DNA from: Octopus vulgaris
Lineage: Eukaryota
Assembly (NCBI GenBank): GCA_951406725.2
Contig: OX597818.1
Location: forward strand, 111,724,001 to 111,788,000
DNA length: 64,000 nt
Direction: 5' to 3'
Shown here: positions 26,381-39,522 of the stretch, piece by piece
How the letters are laid out: each line of letters starts with the position of its first letter
How positions within the stretch are numbered: the first letter of the stretch is position 1
Notes under the pieces: generated by a model
Databases searched by the model: none
What the model saw: only the letters and a program-made list of their open reading frames with translations
What the model was told of the DNA's origin: nothing
Translations under genes and position numbers: made by a program

Positions 26381-27574
26381 GACACACACACACACACACA
26401 CACACTGAAATACACACACGTACATGCAAACATCCGCACGCATTCACAAAGACACACACAGAGTACATCTTTTTTTTCTCCGTTATAACATGTTGCCACT
26501 ACAGCATACATTGATGCAGACGTTCATAGCTTGCTATATTCATACTTACATACATACGAAGATAGATATCAACAACACACAATACATATACATACATATT
26601 TGCATACCGTTTTGTATAAACTTAATATTGACTTAATTGATATTCATATTTTCCTGAATCTTCATGAATAAAAGCAAAAGTATATAATACCCTAGGGATA
26701 TTAAATACCAATATTATACAAACTATTGAAATCACAGATAATATACCATCATCGAGGACAGGAATCGGAGACGATAGAAGAAAAATTACAGCAAACAAAC
26801 AAAATAAAATAAAAACTGTCTAATATTATACTCTAATGAGACAATTAATTGAATTCTTTGCAAATAGTCATCAATATAGAGTCCCGGTTATCAAATTTCC
26901 CCCATATTTCACGCTGCATTAATGGCGTTTTTGATGATTTCATTGACAAGGCACGTAACTCGTGTAATACTCCTCAAACAGTTGTTCTCAGTAGATAACT
27001 CTTTCATTACTCCAAGGGTTCCTTTGTTATAATTGATTGTTTATTTTATTTAACTATGTCGAAATTATTTGCTTATAGGATCACTAAGTTTCTGAGGTCG
27101 AGGGTGAAATTGGAATGTCTGTAATTCAGTGTGCAATAAATATCACTTGACGTTTTGTTTGACGAAACCCGCTGTTTCGATTTTTCATTGATGTTTATAT
27201 TTTCCACCTTGAAAGTCACAAATACATAGCTGCAGCCATGCTTCAAGACTACTATGAGTCTAAAATGACTTTGTAAGAAACATCCAGCTTTTATTGTTCA
27301 TTGGCTGTAAACCAGTGATTATAAACCGGGGTCCATAAAAAACTTTGATGTTAAAAATCACGAGCGCTATAGTAGTTTTATTGTTACAGTACACATAATA
27401 TTTTAACAATTTTTTTAATGTAATTCCCAGTGAATTATAAGAATATAATAGAATATTTAAACATCGAATGTCAAGGAAGGTCCACTCTCGGAAAAGAGGA
27501 ATCAAAAGGATCGATAGAAAAGAAATGGATGAGAACCATTGCACTAAAATATCAACAATAGAGCAGATGGAGGA

Positions 27575-28175
27575 AAGATTATTTGCCAACATAACATGGC
27601 AGTCCTGGTTTAGGACGAATGTTGCTGTAATTTAGCCCCAGGAAACATCGTCTCCAGCTGGTTATACGACTGCCATGTTATGTTGGCAAATAACTTTTAC
27701 TCCAAAGTACTGTTGCTGAATAGCTCTCGTTACTCTTTTTACTCTTTTTCTTGTTTCAGTCATTTGACTGAGGCCATGCTGGAGCACCGCCTTTAGTCGA
27801 GCAACTCGACCCCAGAACTTATTCTTTGTAAGCCTAGTACTTATTCTATCGATCTCTTTTGCCGAACGGCTAAGTTACGTGGATGTAAACACACCACCAT
27901 CGGTTGTCAAGAGATGGTGGGGGGCAAACACAGAAACACAAACACACACACACACACATACATGTATATACATATATACGACGGACTTCTTCCAGTTTCC
28001 GTCTACCAAATCCACTCACAAGGCTTTAGTCGGCCTGAGGCTATAGTTGAAGACACTTGACCATGATGCCACGCAGTGGGACTTAACCCGGAACCATGTG
28101 GTTGGTTAGCAAGCTACTTACCACACAGCCACTACTACACCTCGTTGTGATATTTACAAATAATAATTTTCTAAT
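27575..28175. mobile_element. Repeat family F with an inverted 5' segment, interrupted by SINE B
   Basis: Homologous to 37645-37805. Inverted repeat atttgccaacataacatggcagtc (27581-27604) / gactgccatgttatgttggcaaat (27668-27691). Confidence 0.8.
27732..28140 (-). mobile_element. SINE family B, full length, TSD CTCGTT
   Basis: TSD at 27726-27731 and 28141-28146. The empty site is visible in the family F copy near 37770. Confidence 0.93.
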
Positions 28176-28636
28176 AGAGCGGATATTTGATCGAAGACGC
28201 TCCATATGCGCCATTCACGTTTTTCTTTTGAAATAGATTTAGCTTGGAAAGCAGAGAGGCCGTCCGATTTTCATACGATAACATGTGACGTGAGAGCAAG
28301 TAGTATGAATAGAGATCGCATGATATATCAGTCAGTAATGGCATTAGAACGGAGTTGGCGATAACTGTTACCAAATCTATGCTAACATCATTATGTACAA
28401 TTACTTACCACGTGACGTATGGTGAATTGACGTCACAGTAGGCCTACTTAAGCAAATTATCAAGTAACTACATACAACAGCGGTTCAAATATCGGGGTAC
28501 TACCCACACGAAAAGATATTAATATAATGGACTCCCTCCTTTATTACTGAAAAGAAAATATAGAATTTGTGTCTATCCAAATCCACCTTCTTCGTGGTGG
28601 TATTAGATAATTTCAAATCTTTAATCTTTAAACCGT

Positions 28637-29040
28637 CTATTTATTTATTCATTTATGTTCATTAGTTTCAGCTCAAAGCTGTGGCCATGCTGGGGCACCG
28701 TCGTTTTGCTACACTGTTATTATTGAGAGCCTCCTCTAATATGTGGCATTTGGTGAAAAAGGGAGTTTAATGTCGCTTCCCTCATTTGCACCTCATGCCA
28801 CGAGGTAGGTTCATCTGTGACTCTCGAACAGAAGAAGTCCAGTTTTGATTTGAAAACACCTACTTCTACTTTGTGTAGGTCCCTCAAACTCTTTGGTAGA
28901 ATATTAAAACGCTGTCAGTTCCCGAAACCCAGGATGTTGCAGTAACTGGACCTGAAGCGCGATGGCATTGCTGTGATATTTGGTACTGTGCACAATCTCA
29001 TTGCTGGGATCTTTGGCACAATCTCTTCCAGGATCTTAAT
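28637..29040 (-). pseudogene. CR1-group-like LINE ORF2 C-terminus and 3' tail
   Basis: Frameshifted translation KILEEIVP..SYCNILGF..FNILPKSLRDL..FKSKLD..DEP..NSLFHQ, stop at 28722-28720. Tail ggtgccccagcatggccacagc..tgaaac followed by an AAAT-rich end. Confidence 0.78.
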
Positions 29041-29478
29041 TTTTTTTTTTATTAAAAATGTCAGTTTTTCCACCTCGACTTCAGACATCTCAGGTCCCGT
29101 TCCTATGCGAAACACTTACAGAGAGGATAGCTTGTTGGCACTCAGCTGCGAAAGGTTCGTAAAAACAACAACAGCCATTTTTTATAAGCACAGAAGTTTA
29201 GGGAGGAGACTTGAAACTTGACGGCAGAACAAAATCGAACCGTTTATTTTCAGTTGTCGTATTAGGAAATAAATAAATAAATAAACGAACAAATAAATAA
29301 AATAATAATAATATTGTCATATACGTTATTGGTAATAAGGAATCGATAACACGAGTTCAATTCGAATTGGATGCTCAGATGTTATTTCATATAATCAATT
29401 CCAGGGTATTCGAAATCCACATCAAACAGGTGAGTTGAATACACCCCATTGTGTATATGCATGGATGTGCACACGTCG

Positions 29479-29479
<1 letters not shown>

Positions 29480-29528
<49 letters not shown>

Positions 29529-29684
29529 CATATATATACATATATATATACATACATCTATATATATATATGTATGTATATATATACATATACATATATA
29601 CATATGTATGTATGTGTATGTATATATACATATTTACATATATATATATATATATTTACGTATATATATATATATGTATGTATG

Positions 29685-29741
<57 letters not shown>

Positions 29742-29760
29742 ATATATATATATATGTGTG
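29480..29760. repeat. (TA)n/(TG)n compound microsatellite, representative of many (e.g. 15590-15915, 41570-41760, 43050-43160, 55060-56150, 63600-63948)
   Basis: Direct reading. Confidence 0.97.
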
Positions 29761-30390
29761 TATTGCGTGTGTGTTTGTGTATAGATAATACACACACACA
29801 CACACACAAAAGTATATATAAATTTGAATAGAGGCATACACATCGCTCAGATATACATAAATATATGTGCATACACACACAGCCAATTATACATTCATAA
29901 TTAATCAGAAATAAAATCTACGAATAATTAGCCAAAAAAAAAAAAAATCCTTAGAATATGTTTTCATACAGCATCATATAAACGACTTTACTCAACTCAT
30001 TTTCTGAAAATACTTTATGCTTGAAGTTTTGTAAATTTTATGTATTATTATTTTTACGAGTTTTTTCTCTCCAATTTGTAAATATTATCCTAAAATGTTT
30101 ATCACTAGTTATAAATTAATTGCTTTCTATTTATGAATTATAGGAAAATATTTCAAACAAAAATATTAATGACAATGCCTAGAAGGTCCTTTAATATTTT
30201 GCGATAGGGAAATGGAAATAAACGCTAATGTGTTTTATAGGAAGTCGTCTTAATGTTTTATTATGTGGGTAAATGTAAATGGCTAATTATGTTTGCATGC
30301 AGTTGTGTGTGCATGGAGACATGTTGCTATATATACACTTGTATGCGTGTGTTCATATTAATATATATAGAGAGGCTGAGACGTGTATAT

Positions 30391-30431
<41 letters not shown>

Positions 30432-30490
30432 TGTGTGTATATATCAGTAAATAAATGGAGTTGAACGTAGATGCTATTCAAATTCTTTTA

Positions 30491-30573
30491 CTTTCGACAT
30501 ATGTTTCGAAGACAACATTTGTTTTATTCCAAAGGAATAAACGGTGTAAAATGCAATCTTCTCATCAGGAAAG
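30491..30573 (-). ncRNA. Canonical type-I hammerhead ribozyme
   Basis: Minus strand reads CTTTC-CTGATGA-GAAGAT..GTCTTC-GAAAC-ATAT-GTC-GAAAG. All core nucleotides present, perfect 5-bp stem I, extended stem II, palindromic stem III loop, GUC cleavage triplet. Confidence 0.88.
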
Positions 30574-30997
30574 AGAGAGAGCCTATCCCAACAATAAGAC
30601 ATTATAACAATTTTGATGACTCGTTTACTTATACTATACAAATTACTGCACATTAACCCGGAGTTTCTACCTTTGAATAGGTCGCTGCATCCTGGTTACT
30701 TGCGTGAATTTTGCTACCCTGGTAACTGTTTATTGAATTTTCCATGTTAACGGTAAACAAAGGATAATGCATTCATCCATTTATATATATATATATATAT
30801 AGACTTGTATATGTATACATACACACACATACTCACAGACACACACACATATATATCTATTCAATATTATGTGGGGAATAACCTACTAATGTGTATCTCA
30901 AATCTCTTCTACGTTTATCGGCAACCATATGCCATCATACAGCAAGAATACTTCTTTTAATGCATATACATGTGGAAATCCGTTATATATATATATA

Positions 30998-31105
30998 TAA
31001 CAGTTTAACAAATAAAACATATGCATACATACATACATACATACATACATACATACATACATACATACATACATACATACATACATACATACATACATAC
31101 ATACA

Positions 31106-31138
<33 letters not shown>

Positions 31139-31153
31139 GTACATACATACATC

Positions 31154-31213
<60 letters not shown>

Positions 31214-31434
31214 TACAGGACACCACAAATAAACGTAGAACATAACGAGAAACGAAAACATAAAAAAGGAAACGGACTTTTTTTAACAACGAAAAAACAG
31301 GGTACAAGACAAACAATACAAGGAATATTCCCCTTCATCAGCTGCCCATGGTTCGACTCAATGTGTCCGTTTCCTTGTTTGTTTTTATGTTTTCGTTTCT
31401 CGTTGTGTTCTACGTTTATTTGTGGTATCCTGTA

Positions 31435-31486
<52 letters not shown>

Positions 31487-31600
31487 TGTATATATACATA
31501 TAGATGTAGGTATGTACATATATGTATGTATGTATGCATATGTTTTATTTGTCAAATTGTTATTATATGACTGAGCGCCACGCGTCGTTTCTTATCCTCC
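30998..31600. mobile_element. Penelope-like inverted-repeat remnant
   Basis: Arms 30998-31277 and 31365-31563 are reverse complements apart from microsatellite length. The spacer carries CTGATGAAGG on the minus strand. Confidence 0.7.
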
Positions 31601-31605
31601 AAGTA

Positions 31606-31730
<125 letters not shown>

Positions 31731-31867
31731 TGCGTGCGTGTTTATGTATAGATATTATATATATATATACACACACAGGTATATATAAATTTGAATAGGG
31801 GCATACATATCACGCAGATATACATAAATATATGCGCATATATGCGTTAGTGTACGCAGAATTTATT

Positions 31868-32103
31868 CAAAAATATTTAGAATACGAGAAGATGGCATGA
31901 ACGGGCTTTAATACAAATCACAATCGTTTCTGTGCATTGGTAACAGTTGTTAGTTGTTGAGTGTTTCCCTTATAGATATTATTATAGCTGTGCGCTTGCA
32001 CATCATCAGGTGAGTGGCTTTTAGAGCACTTCAAATGTACAGAAACAATTGTTATTTAGATTGAAGCCCGTTCATTCCATTTTCTTGTATTATAAATTTG
32101 TTT
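31868..32103. mobile_element. Inverted-repeat element (about 70-bp arms) with a degenerate hammerhead
   Basis: Arms about 31870-31940 and 32031-32103. Minus strand reads CTGATGA-TGTGCA..TGCACA-GAAAC-GATT-GTG. Confidence 0.7.
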
Positions 32104-32126
32104 ACACACGCACACACATGAGCGCA

Positions 32127-32222
<96 letters not shown>

Positions 32223-32425
32223 AAAGAGACAGATGGATTGTTAGTTAAAGATATGTTCACAGGGCGCATATCAAAAACATGATGATGCACATGGCAATTT
32301 TATGAGAGGGCACAACAAGGGACAATAGTATTTTGACCAAGACATAGAATTCCAGAATAATTCCAAAAGTGTCTACATGGTAAAAAAGACTGACAAATGA
32401 ACACATAATCTAATCGTAGTGTGTG

Positions 32426-32477
<52 letters not shown>

Positions 32478-32649
32478 TGTGAGTGTGTGTATTTTTATAT
32501 GTGTAATTAAAATGATTTTAGTCATTGACATTGCATAGAATTTTCTATCATCTTAATAATAATGATGGAACTAAAGGTATTAACAATTCTCTTAGCAATT
32601 GTTTTTCATGCAGATGACGTCCTTGAGTTATTTCTCTCAGTAATATATT

Positions 32650-32975
32650 GATACTTAGATAAGTTTCAACGGAAACTCTCTTTCCATCACCTGGAGAAGC
32701 CATGTAATGATGTTTCCTGTTACAGTCATTCTTTCGGCATTATAGTCCATTAGAGTAAATTTATTCTTTGCAGAGACATATCCGGGTGAAGGTGGTTCTG
32801 GAGATATTCGTCCAGGAACCGTTTAAATATTAGGGGACCTTTTTCTTGGCATGGTTTTAAACAAAACAGGGCTAGTTGAGATGAAATAGTTCTGTCTAAG
32901 TGTTGTGACGAGCTGAAAGCATGATTTTTCTTTGTAGAAGATGGATGCTACGGGGACCTGTAACGAGGAAATATG
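32650..32975 (-). pseudogene. Degenerate CR1-like LINE 3' remnant related to 6290-6700
   Basis: Translation patches VTTLRQNYFISTSPVLF and PPSPGYVS match the 6.4 kb fragment. Confidence 0.7.
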
Positions 32976-33211
32976 GCTGGGCTACATGTACAAAGTGTCT
33001 CTTCAGCTTCACCGAGGGCACTTCAGACAGTCCAAAGCAATAAGAAAAAATCTCTGATCAAGATATCACGCTGTTGAACTGAACGTAGAACTTTATGGTT
33101 ACAAAAATGTCTATGCATCTGGTTCAATGCACATGCGTACATAGGCCTAATGCGTATATTCGTGTTTCTGTCTTTTTCACTATTTGTTCGACGATCTGTA
33201 CGCCGGTGGCC

Positions 33212-33250
<39 letters not shown>

Positions 33251-33304
33251 TCTTTTTATTATCTTTCATGCAATAAATATTTAGACTACAAATGTTACCT
33301 CATT

Positions 33305-33525
33305 CTTATTTCTTTATTGCCACAAGGAGCTAAACATAGAGTGGACAAACAAGGGATTAAGCCGATTACATCGACCCTAGTGCGTTGCTGATACTTAATT
33401 TATCGACCCCTAAAGGATGAAAGGGAAAGTCGACCTCGGCGAAATTTGAACTCAGAACATAAAGACGGACGAAATACTCTAAGAATTTCGTCCGGCTTGC
33501 TAACGTCTCTGTCAGCTCGCCGCCT
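33305..33525 (-). mobile_element. SINE family A, full length
   Basis: Head and tail homology. Confidence 0.88.
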
Positions 33526-34716
33526 CATTCTTGGATGGAACCTCATTCTTGGAAGGAGCAATACAAAAGCATACTCCCATCTCGCTCCCCTCTCTCTCTC
33601 TCTCTCTCTCTTGCACTACACACACACACATACTTAGACATACACATATCGGGAGACAGATAGAAGGAGAGAGGATGGTGTAGCGTGTAATGCTATTCCT
33701 AAGAACGAGACGAGTATATATATATATATATGTGAGTGTGTGAGTATGTGTTCGTATGTTTGTGTATGTGTGTATGTATATGTGTGTGTTTGTATGTATG
33801 TATGTATGTATTGATGGGTGTCTGTAATAGAAACGTATAGAATGAAAGCGGCACGTATCCGCGAATTTCTTTTCTTGAATAGATCAGTGTATGTCCTAGA
33901 AAGTGGAGAAAACGAAGGAGAGAAGAAGAGAGAGAGAGTGAGAGAGAGAAGGAAAGAGAAAGAGAGAGATTGAGTCGTAAAAGATCTTCAACTAACCTGA
34001 TAAAGGTAACATGTACTCCTGGCTTCTGTAATGCTTGAGTTAATCGCAAACAGGAAATTGGCCTAAGAAAAACAATAAGAGAAAAAAAATGAAAGTTAAC
34101 GCAGAAATTAATATTACAGGAGACATCATACTTGTGTGTTAATTTGAGTTCTAGACATATAGAGAAACATGCCTCCGATTGCAAACACACGCATACACAT
34201 ACGCACACACAAAGATACGGAGAGAGACTTAAGTGTACATAAATGCGTGTGTGTGGGTACATATATATTTAAGCGTATATATTACACATATATACAATCA
34301 GACAAACGCACATTCATGAACATATAGTAGTTCCCAATTAGAAACATACACAAACATTTATGCGTATGTATAATATTACAATATTGAACTTACGCACATT
34401 GATTTAGAATACATTTTCGCGCTAATCTAAACACGCCCCGCCACACACATATCACAATATGAATAATTAAAATCTTAACAGAAATGGGCATTCTATCATC
34501 AGCCGCTATATAGGACATCATTATAGTTTTGACACATTTTCAGAAGCATCTTCGGTATGTAAGGCAAACACAGTGGTCACACGATGGTTAAATGACTAAC
34601 AGGATTAGAAGCTAATCAGCCTCAAGTTTCCTCTGATTACAGGGAGAGAAAAATTGACAGAAATAAATATTGTGTTTGCAATTAGCACCGAGAATAAATA
34701 TTGTTTATGAGAAAGG

Positions 34717-34792
<76 letters not shown>

Positions 34793-35137
34793 TAGCAATG
34801 CCTCCCAGCGTTGCCCGGATGTTATGACCTACAGTCACATTGTATTATTTGTTTCTTTCTTATGGGCAAACTCAGCACACGAAGAGTGTGAAGCAAACAA
34901 CCCTTCTGTAGAAATATGTTTTTCGGTCATTTTGTGATGAATGTCATTTAAGGTGTATATTAATATAGAAAATGTGACGTCAACGTCGTTGTTCGTCGTA
35001 TAAAATGCTTACTATAGTTGAGTTATGGACAAGATGATAATTTAAAATTTTTGCAATGGAAACATGTCAATGAAAAATAAAGTTTAGTTGGTAGCAGAAA
35101 TAGTATTGAATCTTCTGATATCACACAAACACTTTTG

Positions 35138-35230
<93 letters not shown>

Positions 35231-35295
35231 CACATGTAAGCAAATAAATGCAAAGCAAGGTGGAAAAATCGTACTCAAATACAGAAGGTAGAGTA

Positions 35296-35478
35296 ATATG
35301 CTTTTTTTAAAATTAAAGCTGTAGAAACATCACAAAAAATGCTACTCACAGTTTCACGTTACCGTTCGTCGGACAGTTGTGATCAAGACCTTTGATCAGA
35401 GTGTCCGACCAACGGACAGGTGAAACCTTGAGTAGCAGCTGTTGTGGTGATTTTGCGGCTTTAATAGAAAAGTGTATA
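35296..35478. mobile_element. Fold-back element with hammerhead-like motifs in both arms
   Basis: Imperfect arms of about 85 bp. Minus 35340-35376 reads TGT-CCGACGA-ACG-GTAA-CGT-GAAAC-TGTGA-GTA-GCA. A decayed mirror copy lies at 35402-35438. Confidence 0.7.
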
Positions 35479-35489
35479 CATGCATACAT

Positions 35490-35583
<94 letters not shown>

Positions 35584-35769
35584 ATGTATATATATATATG
35601 TATATATATATGTGTATATATATATATGTATATATGTAAATATATGTATATATATATATGTGTGGGTATGTGTGTGTGCATACATACATACATGCATGTA
35701 CACACATATTACGGCATTTTTATTTGTCTCAGGAGTATGTCTATAGCGACTCTATAAGCTTTGATATCG

Positions 35770-36035
35770 TGTGTTTGAATCGTCGTCCAGACTACAGATG
35801 CTGCTCTACATCGCTCGTCACAATGCGTTTGCATCAATTTAGCTTTTGAATGATAACACCTCACTGGTTATGCGAGCAGACCATAATTTCTCCTGATCGG
35901 AAAACCGGTCTGTCGATGGGCTGCCCATTTACAGTTGAGTGGCCTGGGGCAATGTGAAAGGAACTATTTTGCTCAAGAATGCAACGCGCCACTTGGTTGC
36001 GAGTGCAACATCTTAGATACTCGGCCACACGCCTT
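35770..36035 (-). mobile_element. Old CORE-like SINE, D head with alternative tail (also 57240-57465, +)
   Basis: ttcttgagcaaaat core-like motif. Tail aaacgcattgt..cgatgt..catc..tagtctgg is shared between the two loci. Confidence 0.6.
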
Positions 36036-36415
36036 CAAATAAGCATTGGTATGTCTATTTGAACAGCTTTGCACTTTCTGCCATGAATGTAGACAGTGAT
36101 ATTTTAACATTGAGGCAATGAAATTTGAATTGTTTTCGAGAGAGACACAGAATTCAAAGACCACCACGCAGATCTACTTCCAGTCGTTGCTTAACCGGAG
36201 AAAAGCACTGATTGTACAAACCTATACTTAAGAGAATTGCAATGGCGATAAGCTTCCATGTTAGAGTGATTCTGAAATGCGAATCATCATGGCGACATAT
36301 GAGAGCACTAATGAATTCTTTGATGAACCATGGGAAATTAGAAAGTAATTGTTTCATTGCCTTATTTTAATTGAAAAGACGACATCGGAAAGATGGGGAG
36401 GGAAAGAGAAGACAA

Positions 36416-36419
<4 letters not shown>

Positions 36420-36476
<57 letters not shown>

Positions 36477-36640
36477 GAGAGAAAGAGAGGATGAGAGAGG
36501 ATAAAAGAGAATGAGAGAGAGAAAGAGAAAGAGAGAGAGAAAGAGAGAGGGAGAGAGAGAAAGAGATAGAGATAGAGAGAGGGAGCGAGAGAGAGAGAGA
36601 AAGAGATAGAGAAGGAGAGAACGAAATTGAGAGAGAAAGA
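36420..36640. repeat. (GA)n tract (also 7490-7558, 39020-39091, 63050-63112)
   Basis: Direct reading. Confidence 0.96.
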
Positions 36641-36834
36641 AATGTAATATCGATTTCAGTACTTGATTGGTACTTTATCGGTTTCCAAAGGATGGCGGCA
36701 AATTTAATTTGGGCAGCGACTGAACTCAGAATGAAGCGAATCGCGACAAATACCACAAGGCATCGTCTTTGTAATTCTAACGCTTCTGTCCGTCCATTCG
36801 CCATCATCAGGAGAATCTTATCTGTTATCGTTGG

Positions 36835-37023
36835 ATTGTTTCAGTCATTAGACTGCGGCCATGCTGGGACACCGCCTTGAGGAGTTTTTTTCGAATGAAT
36901 CGAAGTCTTTTTTTTAAAACCTGGTAATTATTCTATCGGACTCTTTTGCACAAACCGCTAAGTTATGGGAACGTAAATATACCAGCACCGGTTGTCAAGC
37001 GGTGGTGAGAGACACACACAGAC

Positions 37024-37096
<73 letters not shown>

Positions 37097-37185
37097 ATGG
37101 ACATCTTCTTTCAGTTTCCGTCTACCAAATCCACTCACAAGATTTTGGTCGGCCCGAAGCGTCATGCAGTGGGATTGAACCCAGA
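36835..37185 (-). mobile_element. SINE family B
   Basis: Tail, internal CA tract and partial head. Confidence 0.85.
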
Positions 37186-37644
37186 ATCATCTCTTTTCAT
37201 TATTTATCTACGTAGAAATGCAGCCCATGATTAGAGGGAGATTTAGGTGCTACGACTAGCAGGTCGAACGATCGCGTAGGGACACTTCCATTGGCGCTCA
37301 CAGTTCTTTGTGTTCTGGTTTTCAAGCTTGTCAATCTAGTTTTGTATTTAAATCCATTTCCAGCTTTGATAAAATAACTACCAATTAAGCCCCAGGGTGG
37401 GATTTTGACAATTCCTACCTGTTCCCACCCTGAATATTGATTTTACTCGGCCGTTGTAACAAATTATCAAAACAAAAAAGAAAAAACGTATGAAACATTG
37501 AAAGGATTTCTTTGTGGTGCCAGGAGTGCTAGAAATAATTATACTCTTCCCAATTACAAATCTTCACTTCGAGTTTCCACAGATATTGTTTTGAGCTGAG
37601 TGGGGGTGCAAGATTCCCTTGTTCGAAAATATAAGGACGCAGAT

Positions 37645-37805
37645 CGTGTCGTATAGCCAGCTGGAGACGATGTCACCTGGGGCTAAATTACAGCAACATT
37701 CATCCTAAACCAGGACTGCCATGTTATGTTGGCAAACAATCTTTACTAAAGTACTGTTGCTGAATATCTCTCATTGTGAGATTTAAAAATAGTAATTTTC
37801 TAATT
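37645..37805. mobile_element. Repeat family F, collinear copy
   Basis: Homology to 27575-28175. Confidence 0.8.
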
Positions 37806-38756
37806 TACAAATCTACACGTTGGACATTCTAGACTGCGGCACACACACCCATGGAAAATATTAAACGGGTTGTCATGGATGGAATGCCTTTAATCATAGA
37901 TCTAATAGATGAAACGAAAATCCCATTGTTTAAAGAGTGAAACTGAAAATGGAATCCAATGTATTTGCAGCCCAATTTTAACACATCTCTCATATTGTTT
38001 GACACAAATATAATTATAGAGAGAAACAAAGATGAATGAATGTAGAAAGGAATACATGAATAGGGGAATGAAAGAATGAATGAATAAATGAATAATGGAA
38101 TAAAACGTAAATTAAATAAAATAGATATGAAAAGACAAGTAATCAAATAGTGTCTATATCAATACTTAATCAAGTGGATGGTTGCCTTGGAAACAAAGCT
38201 GACAGAACCAGACTTACATACAAACACTTACAGACAGGATAAATCGGGAAAAATCCTCAACAAACACTCATACATACGTTTACTCTCACAGTGAGACATA
38301 GAAATACACGGGTAGATGTATGTGCGTATGTATGTAAGTACACAGATACACACACATATATATGTATAGGTGTGTGTGTGTATTGCAGCTCTCTTTGTTA
38401 ACACAAATCGAAGAATGTGGTGCTGAATCGAGTTAAGCAAGAATGATAACACCAGTAGAAAAACCTAGGTTTCCAAAGGTTGTTCAGGCTGTTTCGCGTT
38501 ACCGCTTTCCAAAACATTTCATACTCTGTTTAACTTACTACAGGCGTCAGACATTTGAAGACAGCTAGGTTAATAAACACATTCCTATCTTACATTAAAT
38601 TTAATTGACACGACTAAATAAATCGATTCTAACATTAAAATAAATCTTTTGTTTTGATATTCCCAATTGTTATTGACCTCGCTTGCATCGAATAATAAAC
38701 GGTATCGTCAGTTAGAAGTGAACTGAATTTTTTCTGAGAAGCAATCTTGTCAAAGT

Positions 38757-38838
<82 letters not shown>

Positions 38839-39018
38839 GGAGACGAGGACCAACAATTCCATGCGGTACGCTTGAACAACTGTGAATAATTCTTGCATGA
38901 AACAATTGATAGCCTTTTTAATTCACAAATAAAGAATATTTATCCACCAATACAGTGTTGAGCACTCATTCTCACTGATCGATATTAGTGTGTTTATATA
39001 TGTATATGTAAATATATG

Positions 39019-39092
<74 letters not shown>

Positions 39093-39522
39093 ACTCTCCA
39101 TTTTGATATTTTATCTGCCATAACTATATCTCTCCCTGTCTTGGTATTTTCTGACCAATTTGCCCTCTCTCCTCTCTCTGAATCAATCTATCAACCAACT
39201 CATTCAGTCAATTGGCTTGTATATTTTTATCTGTGTACACATCAGTTACAGTTATAACCAAGCGCATCGTTTATTGATGAAGCGTCCACGTACACACGTC
39301 CATATTAGCTTGCACCGCGTTATGTAAACGTGTTTCTGAAATTTTTTACTGTGAACTGGAATTCTGTAACGTGAAACCTACTTTTTACTTCGTCTTCGAA
39401 ATGTTAGTACGCAGTTTCCGCAGCTGAAAGTAAGAACAATCATAATGTTCTTTCTAAATTTGGATGAGCCAAAACTCTATCGTTACAGGACTACCATTTC
39501 AACGTTTATGTCCTATGTAATG

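Noticed and set aside
31320-31350. Hammerhead at CTGATGAAGGGGAATATTCC (minus)
   Set aside because: No downstream GAAA box or stem I partner.
38840-38915. HHR-like ATGC..GCAT-GAAAC-AATT-GAT
   Set aside because: The first core box and the cleavage triplet are both broken. Counted only as a possible relic.
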